From an uncultured bacterium (lineage in GTDB: Bacteria; Acidobacteriota; Aminicenantia; Aminicenantales; Saccharicenantaceae): DNA of 64,000 nucleotides. Location of the stretch: assembly GCA_937920515.1 (NCBI GenBank), contig CALEUG010000001.1, positions 12,070 through 76,069 of the forward strand, read 5' to 3'. Made by a program: the position numbers and the translations under genes. Within the stretch, counting starts at the first letter, position 1, and the number at the start of each line of letters is the position of its first letter. Under the pieces are notes generated by a model. The model saw only the letters and a list, made by a program, of their open reading frames with translations, searched no databases and had not been told where the DNA came from. Positions 10,228-22,968 of this stretch are shown here, piece by piece.

Positions 10228-12690
10228 TCAGTCGCGATCTCCCCTCTCTTCCCGGGCCTTTCGTTCCGAGTAATAATCCAGGACCCGCAGGTGGTCCTGC
10301 AGCGAGCAATAGCGGTTGGGCTCGGTTCCGGGCAGGAAGACTTCCTGGAAGGGATACTTGCAGACGGGCGAGGCCAGCAGCCCGGTCTTGCGGTCTATGG
10401 TCACGAAGACCAGGTTGGGCGGAACCTCGAAATCTTCAATCAGGATGGCTTCCGGGTTGGTTACGGTTCCTGTTTCAGCCCCCGGAGATATTTCAGGATA
10501 GGAAGCGACAAATTCTTTCTTCTTTTCTTCAATCACCCGGGCGAAGAAATCACGCCAGACAGGCAGGGCCACCACTGCCCCGGACTGCCGGTTGCCAAGG
10601 CTTATCTTGGTGTCATAACCCACCCAGACCCCGGCGCACAGCGAGGGCGAAAAACCGATGAACCAGGCATCGGTGAACTTGTTGGTGGTGCCGGTCTTGC
10701 CCCCCAGCGGCCAGTTGAGCGATGCGGCTGCGGCCGCCGTTCCCCTCTGGACAACGCCCTGCAGCAGGTAGGTCATCATGTAGGCAATCTGGGGTGAAAT
10801 GACTTCTTCGGTCTGGGGCAGGTTTTCCTCCAGGACGTTGCCGTCTTTATCCTCAATCCTGACGATAAAATAGGGCCGGGCCCTCAGCCCCTTGTTGGGA
10901 AAAACGCTGAAGGCCGAGACCAGCTCCTGCAGGGTGACCTCGAAGGCTCCCAGGGCCAGCGACAGGTAGGGGTAAATGGTGGAAGTCAGTCCGAACTTGC
11001 GGCAATATTCAACGCCCACCTGGGGCGAAATGTAATCCAGCAGCTTGGCCGTGACCACGTTCCTGGACCCCTCCAGCCCGGACCTCAGGGTTACCGCCCC
11101 GTGATACTCGCCGTCATAATTTTTCGGCGACCAGGGGTTGCCGGTCCACCTGTCTACGAAGTTGGTCGGCTCATCGACGATGACACTGGCCGGGGTGAAC
11201 CCCTTTTCCAGGGCAGCTGTGTAGAATATCGGCTTGATGGCCGAACCGGTCTGGCGCAGGGCCTGGGTGGCCCGGTTGAACTGGCTGCGCTTGAAGGAAT
11301 AACCGCCGACCATGGCCTTGATCTGGCCGGTGGCCACGTCGACGGCAATAAAGGCTCCCTCTACCGCCGGTTCCTGGTCCAGATTGACCCGGGCCATCTT
11401 GGTAGCTTCATCCACTGACTGCACTTCAACCAGGATGACATCCCCTGGCTTTATCAGCTCGTTCAGGTAGCGCGCCCTGGTCCACTCAATGCCCTTGCTG
11501 GTCATCAGGCCGGTATAATTTTTAAGCCTGACCCTGGCTTCGGTCTTCCCGGCTTCCAGGACGATGGCCTGTTCCGTCTTCCCCGGGACGGGGGCCAGGC
11601 TGTCCCAGTCGTCAAGCCAGATTTTTTCCAGGTCGCTTTTGCCCTCAGCCAGCAGGTTGCGCTTGTCCTTTCGCCAGCCGTTCTTCTTATCCTGAACTCG
11701 CAGGCCGCGGCCGAGCGCTTCCTCGGCATATTTCTGGTAGTTAGAGTTAAGAGTGGTGTAAATTTTCAGGCCACCGCGGTAGAGGGCATCGTCGCCGTAC
11801 TTGCGCTCAATATATTTTCTGACTTCCTCGTAAAAGTAGGAGCCGGCTTCAGCCGTCTGCCTCCGCAGTGGCAGGACTTCAAGTGGCTGCTTCTTCAATT
11901 CCTCCGCCTGCTGCCGGCTGATGAATCCCTCTTCGGCCAGGCGGTTCAGAACGTGGTTGCGGCGGTTGAGTGTTACCTTAGGATTATTGTATGGAGAATA
12001 TATGGCCGGACCACGAAAGATACCGGCCAGCAGGGCCGCCTCGGACAGAGTTAATTCCGTGACACTCTTGCCGAAATAGAGCTGGGCTGCCGATTCCACT
12101 CCCCACGTTCCATGGCCCAGGTAAAACTGGTTGCAGTAAAGTTCCAGGATTTTTTCCTTGGTATAACGTCGCTCAATTTCCATGGCCACGAACATTTCCT
12201 TGAGCTTGCGGCGGATGGTCTGCTGGGGATAGAGAAAAAGGCTCCGGGCTAACTGCTGGGTGATGGTGCTACCCCCATGAAGCCGGCTTTTGCCCAGGAT
12301 TATCCTGTATAAATCTTCCTTCAGTGCTCTCAGGATGCCCCGGTAATCTATGCCCCGGTGGGCAAAAAACCTCGGGTCCTCGGTGGCGATGATGGCCTGT
12401 TTAAGGGTTTCGGGAATCTTTTCGTAGGGGATCTGAATTCTTCTTTCGGCCGCAAACTCTTTGGTCGGCTGGCCGTCGTCGGCATAGACCACTGAAATTA
12501 TTTTTGGCTTGATCTGTTCCAGCTCCCCGACATCAGGCAGGTTTTCCCTTATGGCCAGGTAAGCCCCGAACATTCCACCCAGGGCCAGGGCCACCAGGAG
12601 CAGCAGCGAAAGCAGAAGTCCGCTTACAATTTTCTTCCGGTTGAAGGGTGGAACCCTGATCTTGAAAACGATTTTTTTTCTTTCGGGCAT
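10228..12690 (-). CDS. mrcA: Class A penicillin-binding protein 1A
   Basis: N-terminal TM; transglycosylase motifs EDPRF and GGSTITQQL; transpeptidase motifs SAIK, SRN and KTGT. Confidence 0.95.
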   Translation of the reverse strand: MPERKKIVFKIRVPPFNRKKIVSGLLLSLLLLVALALGGMFGAYLAIRENLPDVGELEQIKPKIISVVYADDGQPTKEFAAERRIQIPYEKIPETLKQAIIATEDPRFFAHRGIDYRGILRALKEDLYRIILGKSRLHGGSTITQQLARSLFLYPQQTIRRKLKEMFVAMEIERRYTKEKILELYCNQFYLGHGTWGVESAAQLYFGKSVTELTLSEAALLAGIFRGPAIYSPYNNPKVTLNRRNHVLNRLAEEGFISRQQAEELKKQPLEVLPLRRQTAEAGSYFYEEVRKYIERKYGDDALYRGGLKIYTTLNSNYQKYAEEALGRGLRVQDKKNGWRKDKRNLLAEGKSDLEKIWLDDWDSLAPVPGKTEQAIVLEAGKTEARVRLKNYTGLMTSKGIEWTRARYLNELIKPGDVILVEVQSVDEATKMARVNLDQEPAVEGAFIAVDVATGQIKAMVGGYSFKRSQFNRATQALRQTGSAIKPIFYTAALEKGFTPASVIVDEPTNFVDRWTGNPWSPKNYDGEYHGAVTLRSGLEGSRNVVTAKLLDYISPQVGVEYCRKFGLTSTIYPYLSLALGAFEVTLQELVSAFSVFPNKGLRARPYFIVRIEDKDGNVLEENLPQTEEVISPQIAYMMTYLLQGVVQRGTAAAAASLNWPLGGKTGTTNKFTDAWFIGFSPSLCAGVWVGYDTKISLGNRQSGAVVALPVWRDFFARVIEEKKKEFVASYPEISPGAETGTVTNPEAILIEDFEVPPNLVFVTIDRKTGLLASPVCKYPFQEVFLPGTEPNRYCSLQDHLRVLDYYSERKAREERGDRD

Positions 12691-12813
12691 CTTAGTCCAG
12701 TCTGAAACTTATAACTGCCAGCAAGAAAAATAATATATCAGATTAAAGGGTAAAAAAACAATGCCTGCCGGCTTATGCTGGCCTATTTGCTATTTGTTTC
12801 CTTGATAGCTCAG

Positions 12814-12926
12814 ATGGCTCAGGTGTCCTGTCAAGGCGCGACACCTCCCGGGCTCGCTCCGCCCATTCCTTCGTGGGAAACACTTGAGCTACGGGTCTAC
12901 GGGTGCAGGAGACAGACACCAGACCG
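12814..12926. ncRNA. Putative structured RNA between tmk and PBP1A (family not assigned)
   Basis: Nested pairings: GGTGTCCTGTC/GACAGACACC, CCCG-GGCTC/GAGCT-ACGGG and CCCA/TGGG. No convincing ORF. Confidence 0.3.
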
Positions 12927-12976
12927 CCCTCCGGCAATCGTTGTTGCCAATAACATTAAAAGATAAACAGCCCCGC

Positions 12977-13615
12977 TTATTTTAGCTCAGGGAATTTCTT
13001 CAGAAAATGCGACCAGATTTTCCGGTGAATGACCGCGGGGGCGGGTCGGCCGTCGACCACCAGGCACTGCGGGTCCCGGAAAGAAAGGAAAATTTTCCGG
13101 ACCTGTTTAAGATATTCTTTTTCCTCAAAATGCCCGTAAATGACCGGCCTGTCCTTGATCCGGCGCAGCCCGGTGGAGACCGGGACATCCAGGATGAAAA
13201 CCAGGTCGGGGACGACAGCAAATCTCAGCTGCCGGCGCCAGATTTCTTCCAGCGGCAGCCCGCGGGCCCCCTGGTAAGCCAGGGTTGAATAATAATAACG
13301 GTCCAGGATTACTGTCTTTCCGGCTTTGAGGGCGGGCCTGATGTTTTTTGACACGTTCTCTTTCCGGTCCCTGATAAAAAGTTCCAGTTCTTCTTCGGGA
13401 GTGATCGAGCCGCTGGTCAGCGAGAGCTCCCTTATCTTTTGTCCCCATTTTCCCCCGGTGGGTTCCCTCAGTGTAACCACCTCCAGACCCCGGCGGCGCA
13501 GCCGCCTGGCCAGAAGTTCTACCTGGGTGGACTTGCCGGAACCGTCGATTCCCTCGAAGACGATAAACAGCCCACTTCCCGTCTTTTTCCCTTTCAGCCG
13601 GTTTTTTTCTTTCAT
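12977..13615 (-). CDS. tmk: Thymidylate (dTMP) kinase
   Basis: FEGIDGSGKSTQ P-loop, REP and DRYYYSTLAYQG motifs. Confidence 0.96.
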   Translation of the reverse strand: MKEKNRLKGKKTGSGLFIVFEGIDGSGKSTQVELLARRLRRRGLEVVTLREPTGGKWGQKIRELSLTSGSITPEEELELFIRDRKENVSKNIRPALKAGKTVILDRYYYSTLAYQGARGLPLEEIWRRQLRFAVVPDLVFILDVPVSTGLRRIKDRPVIYGHFEEKEYLKQVRKIFLSFRDPQCLVVDGRPAPAVIHRKIWSHFLKKFPELK

Positions 13616-13775
13616 GACACCATTCTCATTGTTCTCCTATCTTACCGGCTAAACCCGGCCAATGCAACCATCCCTCTGGTCTTCTGGTTATTCTATAAAC
13701 CAGGCCAGGAGCCTGGATTCGTTGAATTTTCTTACCGGTTATGTTAATTTTAATTATCTCCGAGGGAGGCCTATC

Positions 13776-15293
13776 ATGAAGAAATACCTTTGGATCGGCG
13801 CCATAAGTTTTCTGGCTGGCTTTCTGCTGGCCGGCTACTTTCTCCTTTTACCTGAAAAGCCGGCTCCGGTCACAAATTCAAATAAACCGGGCCCGGCCCT
13901 GAACAATCACCTGCTGGCAGCTGAAAGGAGCCTTCCAGCTCCAGAATTTTTCTCCGGCCAGGATTTTGTTCGGGTTGTAGAAAAGGTCGGCCCGGCCGTG
14001 GTCAGGGTGGTGACCGAGAGAGTGGAACAGGTTCGGTCCTTCGGTTTCGACGAGGACTGGCCGTTCCAGGATTTCTGGGACAGGTTCTTCGGCGCTCCGC
14101 CCCGGTCTCGCGATCGTCAGCCGCGTGAATTTCGTTCCCAGGCTGAAGGTTCGGGTTTCTTCATCTCCCCCGATGGATACATTCTGACCAACAACCACAT
14201 AGTCGAAAAGTCTGTCAAGGTGAGTGTCACCACCATTGAAGGTAAAGACTACGAAGCCAAGATTGTCGGCCGGGATGCAGCCACCGACCTGGCCCTGCTC
14301 AAGGTTGAGGGCAAGAATTTTCCCTATGCCGTCCTGGGCGATTCCTCGGCCATCAAGGTGGGCGAATGGGTTCTGGCCATAGGTAACCCCTTCGGAATGG
14401 AACACACGGTAACCGCCGGAATAATCAGCGCCAAGGGACGACAGCTGGGGCTGGGGGCCAACACCCCGACCTACCAGGACTTTATCCAGACTGATGCCGC
14501 CATCAACCGCGGCAACAGCGGTGGCCCGCTGATCAACCTTAAAGGCGAGGTTATCGGCATCAACAGCAACATCCTGACCCCGAGCGGCGGCAACATCGGC
14601 ATCGGCTTTGCCATCCCCTCCGACCTGGCCAAGAAGGTTGTGGCCCAGCTCAAAGAAAAAGGACGGGTGGTCCGGGGCCGCCTCGGCCTGCGCGGTACCG
14701 ACATCACCGAATCGATGAAGAAGCAATTTAACCTCAGGGTCAACAAGGGCGTAATCATTTCCCAGGTAGAACCCGAGGGCCCGGCCGAGAAAGCCGGACT
14801 CAAAAAATACGACGTCATCGTGGAAATCAACGGCCAACCGGTGGAAAGCTGGAAGGACCTCAGGTTCAAGGTGGCTGACCTGCAACCCGGCGACCTGGTG
14901 ACCATCAAGATTGTCCGCGACGGCAAGGAAATGACCGTCAAGGCCCGGCTGGATGAGCTGGAACCGGAACAGGCTCCCGGTCCCAAAGAAAGCCTGGACA
15001 AGGATGTCGGCCTGGGTCTAACGGCCATTACCCCATCGCTGGCCAGGCGCTACGGCCTGAGCACCACTGAGGGCCTGCTGGTCACCGAGGTCCGGCAGTT
15101 CAGTCCGGCCGCCAGGGCCGGACTTCAGACCGGCGACATCATTCTGGAGGTCAACCGGGTCAAGGTCAGCTCGGTCAAGGAATTTCAGGACATCCTGAAA
15201 AAGACCGAGTCCGGGGAGGAGATCATACTGTTAGTGCGCCGCGAAAGCGACGGTGAAAAGATAGACTTTATCGTCACCCTGAGAGTACCCTGA
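13776..15293 (+). CDS. degP: DegP/HtrA (Do/DegQ family) serine protease with two PDZ domains
   Basis: TNNH, DLALLK and GNSGG catalytic triad; two PDZ domains; N-terminal TM. Start at ATG 13776 after the SD GGGAGG. Confidence 0.93.
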   Translation: MKKYLWIGAISFLAGFLLAGYFLLLPEKPAPVTNSNKPGPALNNHLLAAERSLPAPEFFSGQDFVRVVEKVGPAVVRVVTERVEQVRSFGFDEDWPFQDFWDRFFGAPPRSRDRQPREFRSQAEGSGFFISPDGYILTNNHIVEKSVKVSVTTIEGKDYEAKIVGRDAATDLALLKVEGKNFPYAVLGDSSAIKVGEWVLAIGNPFGMEHTVTAGIISAKGRQLGLGANTPTYQDFIQTDAAINRGNSGGPLINLKGEVIGINSNILTPSGGNIGIGFAIPSDLAKKVVAQLKEKGRVVRGRLGLRGTDITESMKKQFNLRVNKGVIISQVEPEGPAEKAGLKKYDVIVEINGQPVESWKDLRFKVADLQPGDLVTIKIVRDGKEMTVKARLDELEPEQAPGPKESLDKDVGLGLTAITPSLARRYGLSTTEGLLVTEVRQFSPAARAGLQTGDIILEVNRVKVSSVKEFQDILKKTESGEEIILLVRRESDGEKIDFIVTLRVP

Positions 15294-16141
15294 TGCAGTT
15301 CGCCAAACTTCACGCCCTGGGCAATGATTTCCTGGTGGTAGATGATCCGGCCCGGGTGGATGAAGCCGACCTGCCGGTAATATCCAGGCAGATGTGCGAG
15401 CGTCATACCGGCGTGGGGGCCGACGGAATTATAATCCTGAAGCCCCCGCACAATCATCCCCTGCGTTTTGGCTTTCGCATCTTTAACGCCGACGGCTCCG
15501 AGGCCGAAATTTCGGGAAACGGTTTGCGCTGCGCCTCGGCTTACCTCTTCTACCGCCAACGGGTAAAGGGAACAAACGTCTTCTTTGAAACAGTGGCCGG
15601 AGAACGTGGCTGTCAGCTGGTGAAACGCGAAGGGAACCTGTTTGAGCTCAGAACTGAAATGGGCGAACCCCGATTCTCTTCCCGGGACATTCCCTTTGAC
15701 GACGGCCAGGAGCATGAGCACATAATTGATTATCCACTGTCCATAAATCGCAGGGTCTACCACATCACCTGCGTTTCAGTCGGCAATCCCCACTGCGGCA
15801 TCTTCGTGGAAAGGTTCTTCCCGGCCAGGATAGAGTGGCACCAGGTGGGCCAGGAACTGGAACATCATCCTTTCTTCCCCCACCGAACCAACGTTGAATT
15901 CATCCGGGTCCTTAACCGCCAGGAAATAGAGGTCCTGTTCTGGGAAAGGGGCGTGGGCGAAACCCTGAGCTCGGGCAGCGGTTCCTGCGCCGCGGCCGTG
16001 GCCGCCATACTCAAGGGCCTGACCGAAAGAAAAGTCCGGGTCTGGACCAGCATGGGCTCGCTGCTGGTGGAATGGGAAAAGGACCGGATTTTCCAGACCG
16101 GTCCGGCCCAGCTGGTATTCGAAGGCAATTTCCTGGTCTGA
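15293..16141 (+). CDS. dapF: Diaminopimelate epimerase homologue with both catalytic Cys replaced by Ser
   Basis: KLHALGNDF, GVGADG, FNADGSEAE, GNPH, NVEF and ERGVGET motifs present; CGNG reads SGNG and ACGTG reads SSGSG. Confidence 0.85.
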   Translation: MQFAKLHALGNDFLVVDDPARVDEADLPVISRQMCERHTGVGADGIIILKPPHNHPLRFGFRIFNADGSEAEISGNGLRCASAYLFYRQRVKGTNVFFETVAGERGCQLVKREGNLFELRTEMGEPRFSSRDIPFDDGQEHEHIIDYPLSINRRVYHITCVSVGNPHCGIFVERFFPARIEWHQVGQELEHHPFFPHRTNVEFIRVLNRQEIEVLFWERGVGETLSSGSGSCAAAVAAILKGLTERKVRVWTSMGSLLVEWEKDRIFQTGPAQLVFEGNFLV

Positions 16142-16490
16142 AAAAACCAGATTTTATACGGTCCCGGGGCAGGATTCTGCCTCCGGGTGAGTCCAACTCT
16201 CTGCCCGGACACTATCAACCAGTTTGGGAACTGCCAAGATGGCGGGGAATTATCGAGGAATAGAACGCAAAACATAAAGAAGCAAAAGCGGAGGCAACTT
16301 AAAAAAAGATCGGCCTTATTTTCGGGCTACCCGTCGTCCCAGACCTCCCCGGTCTCCATTCAGAACCGTTTCTGGCTGGCCTTTAGGTTATCATGACCAT
16401 TGAAGAAGATTCGCCTTTCAGTAAGCTACAGCCCTGAGCTTAGAAAAATTCTTCAACATTTATGGACATACCGGTCCCGGCTCTGGCAGT

Positions 16491-18950
<2,460 letters not shown>

Positions 18951-18952
18951 CT

Positions 18953-19417
18953 TCAACCTCCTTGACCTTCGTCCTTTTTTGACTGGACCTTAACCTCGAT
19001 TTCTCTGGTCGTTTTCTTTTGCTTTCTGAGAATAATTGTCAGCACTCCGTTCTCCAGCAAGGCCCGGGTGTCTTCCGCAGAGACCCAGACCGGCAGAACA
19101 ATCTCCTTGTGAAAGAAACCCATCTCCCTTTCCAGGCGGTGGAAGCGTAACCGCGAAGCTTCCACCATTTCTTTCTTCAGGCCGCTGACCTCCAGGCGGT
19201 TGCCCCGCTGGACAATCCGCAGGTTCCTGGCCGGGACTCCGGGCACCTCTACCTCGACCACCACTTCCTCATCCTTTTCGTAGACGTCAGCCGCTGGCTC
19301 CCAGGCTAAGTAGGGGCTGCCCGGGCTTTCCCGCCTGAACATGATTTCGCCGCCTGAGCCTTTGATCTTAGTTTCCACCCTGAAAATTCTGGCCACCGGT
19401 TTGATTTTCTTTTTCAT
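18953..19417 (-). CDS. Hsp20/alpha-crystallin family small heat-shock protein
   Basis: P.ADVYE..E.PGV, RLER..G.F and A.LENGVL.I motifs. Confidence 0.9.
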   Translation of the reverse strand: MKKKIKPVARIFRVETKIKGSGGEIMFRRESPGSPYLAWEPAADVYEKDEEVVVEVEVPGVPARNLRIVQRGNRLEVSGLKKEMVEASRLRFHRLEREMGFFHKEIVLPVWVSAEDTRALLENGVLTIILRKQKKTTREIEVKVQSKKDEGQGG

Positions 19418-19438
19418 CGGAGTCAGAGAATGCTGGCT

Positions 19439-19894
19439 TTATTTTTCTTTGAGCAGGTTTTCCAGCACATGCTTAAATTCTACCACATCCTTGAATTCGC
19501 GGTAGACCGAGGCAAACCTGATGTAGGCAACCTTATCCAGTGCCTTGAGCCTTTCCATGACTATCTGGCCTATTTCCGAGGATTCCATTTCCTTGTCCGG
19601 CCGGTCCTGGAGAATGGATTCAATCTCTTCCACGATCTCCTCCAGCTGGCTGATCTGGATCGGCCTTTTCTCACAGGCCTTCATTATTCCGCGGAGCAAC
19701 TTCTGGCTGTCGAACGGCTGCCGGGTGCCGTCCTTCTTTACCACCATATAGGGCAGCTGTTCCAGCCGCTCGTAAGTGGTAAAGCGCTTCTTGCAGGACA
19801 GGCATTCCCGCCGGCGCCTGATGGACATGCCTTTCTGGCTTTCCCTGGAATCGATGACCTTGCTCTCCAGAAATCCGCAGTAGGGGCAGCGCAT
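19439..19894 (-). CDS. nrdR: Transcriptional repressor NrdR
   Basis: MRCPYC..SKVIDSR..RRRREC..C..RFTTYE zinc ribbon, ATP cone and [10 protein letters not shown]. True start is ATG 19894. Confidence 0.97.
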   Translation of the reverse strand: MRCPYCGFLESKVIDSRESQKGMSIRRRRECLSCKKRFTTYERLEQLPYMVVKKDGTRQPFDSQKLLRGIMKACEKRPIQISQLEEIVEEIESILQDRPDKEMESSEIGQIVMERLKALDKVAYIRFASVYREFKDVVEFKHVLENLLKEK

Positions 19895-20919
19895 CAGCTC
19901 TGTCCTTCTCCCATTTTCCTGGCCTGTAACAGGCTCAGGCCGTTTTTCCATAATATAACATAACCGAGGAGGCATGTCACCACGAACTGCAGGGAATGGA
20001 TGACGATGGTCAACCCCACGGCCCGGTCAGGGTCCATCCCGTACAGGCTGGTCAGGGCCAGCTTGCTGAAGTAATCAAACCCGCCAGCCATGCCCGGGGT
20101 GGGAATGGAAGCCCCGATCATCGTCAGGAAAATATAGGGGACGATGAAAAAATAGGGAATTTTCAGGCCGTAACCGGTATAGAACACCCAGTACAGGAGC
20201 GATATGCCCAGCCAGACCACCAGCGACAGGCCGAAATAGCCAAGCAGGCGCCAGAAAGAATGGAAGAACTTCAAACCCTCTATGAACTCCAGGCCAAACT
20301 TCTCTATGCCCGGCCTGACCCTAACGGGGAAGGGACGGCCAATGAACCGGAACAGGCCGCTGGCCCGGTCCTTCAAGAAATACAGGGTTATGATAATCAG
20401 GAAGAACACTGCGGCCAGTCCCAGCCCGAGCTTACCCCAGAAGTAAAGCCGGAGGAGCGTTTCGGGCTGAAGTTCCAGGTTATGCCGGAAAAAGGGCCTG
20501 GTCAGCAGGAAAGCGCCCAGGAGAAAGCAGTTGGTGAACAGGTCAAAGGCCCTTTCCACCACTATCGTCCCCATCAGGTAACCGGCGCTGAGGTTCTCGG
20601 CCCTGGCCAGGTAAATGGGTCTGACCACCTCGCCCACCCTGGCCGGAAAGAGCAGGGTCACGGTGAAACCGACGGTGGTGGCCTCAACCGCCTTGCCGAA
20701 CCTGAGGTCGGGCTTGACCGGATGGAGCAGGAATTTCCACCTAATTGACCTGGTTACCAGGTGAAGCGGGCCCAGCAATATGGTCAGGATGAGGAACAGC
20801 AGCCGGAACTCCCGGAGATACCCCCAGACCTCATTCCAGTGGACGCTCTTAAAGAAAAAATAGAGAAAGACGGCGGTCAAAAGCAAAATTATCAGGTAGT
20901 TAAGCCGGCCCCTGGTCAT
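19894..20919 (-). CDS. Lysylphosphatidylglycerol-synthase-TM / UPF0104 flippase-like membrane protein
   Basis: Multi-TM protein with RW, P.RVGE..R, ER.FD and PTPG..G motifs; its stop overlaps the nrdR start. Confidence 0.85.
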   Translation of the reverse strand: MTRGRLNYLIILLLTAVFLYFFFKSVHWNEVWGYLREFRLLFLILTILLGPLHLVTRSIRWKFLLHPVKPDLRFGKAVEATTVGFTVTLLFPARVGEVVRPIYLARAENLSAGYLMGTIVVERAFDLFTNCFLLGAFLLTRPFFRHNLELQPETLLRLYFWGKLGLGLAAVFFLIIITLYFLKDRASGLFRFIGRPFPVRVRPGIEKFGLEFIEGLKFFHSFWRLLGYFGLSLVVWLGISLLYWVFYTGYGLKIPYFFIVPYIFLTMIGASIPTPGMAGGFDYFSKLALTSLYGMDPDRAVGLTIVIHSLQFVVTCLLGYVILWKNGLSLLQARKMGEGQS

Positions 20920-20999
20920 CCCGGTACTCGTCCCGCCGCGAAAATTTCAGCTTTCTATTATACAGGCAAGCACCCCGGGCTTCAATCTGCGGCCAGCCC

Positions 21000-21028
21000 T
21001 TGAAAAATCGAACAAAATTGGCTATATT
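21000..21028 (+). promoter_or_regulatory. Sigma-70 promoter for tRNA-Gln
   Basis: TTGAAA-N17-TATATT ending 11 bp before the tRNA. Confidence 0.6.
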
Positions 21029-21039
21029 TAAGCAAGCGC

Positions 21040-21113
21040 TGGGAAGTCGTCCAACGGTAGGACACATGACTCTGGATCATGTTATCTAGGTTCGAATCCT
21101 AGCTTCCCAGCCA
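21040..21113 (+). tRNA. tRNA-Gln (anticodon CTG)
   Basis: Acceptor stem TGGGAAG/CTTCCCA, anticodon arm CATGA-CTCTGGA-TCATG, GGTTCGAATCC T-arm and encoded CCA. Confidence 0.97.
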
Positions 21114-21148
21114 ATCTCCCCCAAAACCCTCCTTCTTGTATTGACAAA

Positions 21149-21182
21149 GGCAGCTCCTCCCCTCCGGAGCTGCCACCTTTTT
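21149..21182 (+). terminator. Rho-independent terminator after tRNA-Gln
   Basis: GGCAGCTCC/GGAGCTGCC stem followed closely by a T-run. Confidence 0.7.
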
Positions 21183-21409
21183 AAATTCGTCAGATAGGCA
21201 GTGTTTAGAAGAAAAAATTGGGTGGAAGCTGGCCTTCTCTGAATTGAAGCTCCTCAGGTCTCGATTGAATTCAGAAAGTCGATAGCGGGCTCATCCGGTC
21301 GTTTCAGCCTTTACCATCAGAATCTCGATGCCTGTCTCATTAAGAATCCCGGTAAAAAGCCAGAGTCTTCAAAACCTATAAATTTGATACCGGAATTATT
21401 TTGGTTTTT

Positions 21410-22570
21410 TCAGTCTTCAATAATCCTGGTCCCGGCTTCTATTCTGACCACGTGGATGGCCGGTTCTCGCCCGGTTTCCCGGCGGTAGTCGGCGGAAACC
21501 CTGGACTTGAATTCTTCGACAGCCCCGGCTTCCACCAGGCTGATGGTGCAGCCGCCGAAGCCGGCTCCCATCATCCTGGAACCCAGCACTCCGGGAACGG
21601 CCAGGGCCGATTCCACCAGCAGGTTTAATTCGGGCGAGCTGACTTCGTATTCATCGCGCAGACCGCGGTGTGATTCTTTCATCCTTTCCCCGAAAGAATT
21701 AAAATCTTGGCGGAGAAGGTCGCCGCAGGCCAGGTCCACCCGGGCATTTTCGCGGACCACATAGGCGCACCTCTTCCAGACCACGGGGTCAAATTCCACG
21801 CGGTGCTCTTCCAGCATCTCCAGGCTGACATCGCGCAGGCTTTTTATTTCAGGGTAATGCCGCCGCAGAAGGCTGACCCCCTGCTCGCACTGGCGCCGGC
21901 GGACGTTATACTCGGAGGAAGCCAGTTCGCGCCGGACCAAGGTATCGCTGATTACCACCCTGAGCTCGGGCCGGTCAAAAGGATAGTACTCGTGCACCAG
22001 GTGGCGGCAGTCTATTTTCATAACTTTCCCCGGCTGCCCGTGAAGGTTGGCATACATGTCCATGATGCCGCATCTCAGCCCGACGAATTCATTCTCGGCT
22101 CTCTGGGCCAGCAGGGCCAGCGACAGCAGGTCCAGGTTGAGGTCGAAGAGATGGTTGATAGCAAAGGCCAGCCCGCCTTCCACCGCGGCCGAAGATGACA
22201 TGCCGCCGCCTATGGGCACGTTGCCGCCGAAGGCCAGATCCAGGCCCCGCAGCGAGTAGCCACCCTTAAGAAACTGGTCCAGCACTCCCTGGAGATAATC
22301 CGGCCAGCGCCACTCCGACTTATGAAGATGGTCCAGGTCGGTGACATAATCCTGGTCAAAATCCAGCGAGTAAAAACGGCAGCTTCGATCTTCACGCGGA
22401 GCCAGGGCAAAGATTACAGCCCGGTCGGTGGCCCCGGGAAGCACGAAACCCTCGTTGTAATCGGTATGCTCGCCTATCAGGTTGATTCTGCCGGGTGAGG
22501 CCAGAAGCAACGGTTTCCGTCCGAATTTTTTCTCGAAGCTCTTCCTGACGTTCTCAATAAGTTTCTCCAT
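21410..22570 (-). CDS. galK: Galactokinase
   Basis: PGRINLIGEHTDYN, PIGGGMSSSAA, CGIMD and GAGFGGC GHMP motifs. Probable start is ATG 22570. Confidence 0.95.
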   Translation of the reverse strand: MEKLIENVRKSFEKKFGRKPLLLASPGRINLIGEHTDYNEGFVLPGATDRAVIFALAPREDRSCRFYSLDFDQDYVTDLDHLHKSEWRWPDYLQGVLDQFLKGGYSLRGLDLAFGGNVPIGGGMSSSAAVEGGLAFAINHLFDLNLDLLSLALLAQRAENEFVGLRCGIMDMYANLHGQPGKVMKIDCRHLVHEYYPFDRPELRVVISDTLVRRELASSEYNVRRRQCEQGVSLLRRHYPEIKSLRDVSLEMLEEHRVEFDPVVWKRCAYVVRENARVDLACGDLLRQDFNSFGERMKESHRGLRDEYEVSSPELNLLVESALAVPGVLGSRMMGAGFGGCTISLVEAGAVEEFKSRVSADYRRETGREPAIHVVRIEAGTRIIED

Positions 22571-22968
22571 GATTTCCACCTGGTTCGAATTACTCCTTAA
22601 AGCCATGAAGGATTAGAATTATCAATTTGCTTCCGGTTTGTCAAAAGAGAGTGTTTTAATTCCGGGTCTTATCACCCTATTATTAGTTGATAAAAATTAG
22701 TTGATAATACCCAGAATATCCGGGAAAGCAACTCAAAGATTGCACCGGGATAAGCCAAAGATTCAGGGCCAAAAATCAAAACAAAGAGACTGCCTGCCGG
22801 GTTTTGTGATCGGGCCTAAGACTATCAGGAATAATAATTTATCAGCCTTTTCTACCTTATGAGATTATAAATTATCACCAGCTAATTTTTTAAGAAGAGC
22901 CAGTATCGGGAAATCCCAAAGGCCTGCCATAACCGGGGCGAAACAGGCTGGAGTTCTTTCCAAAGGTC

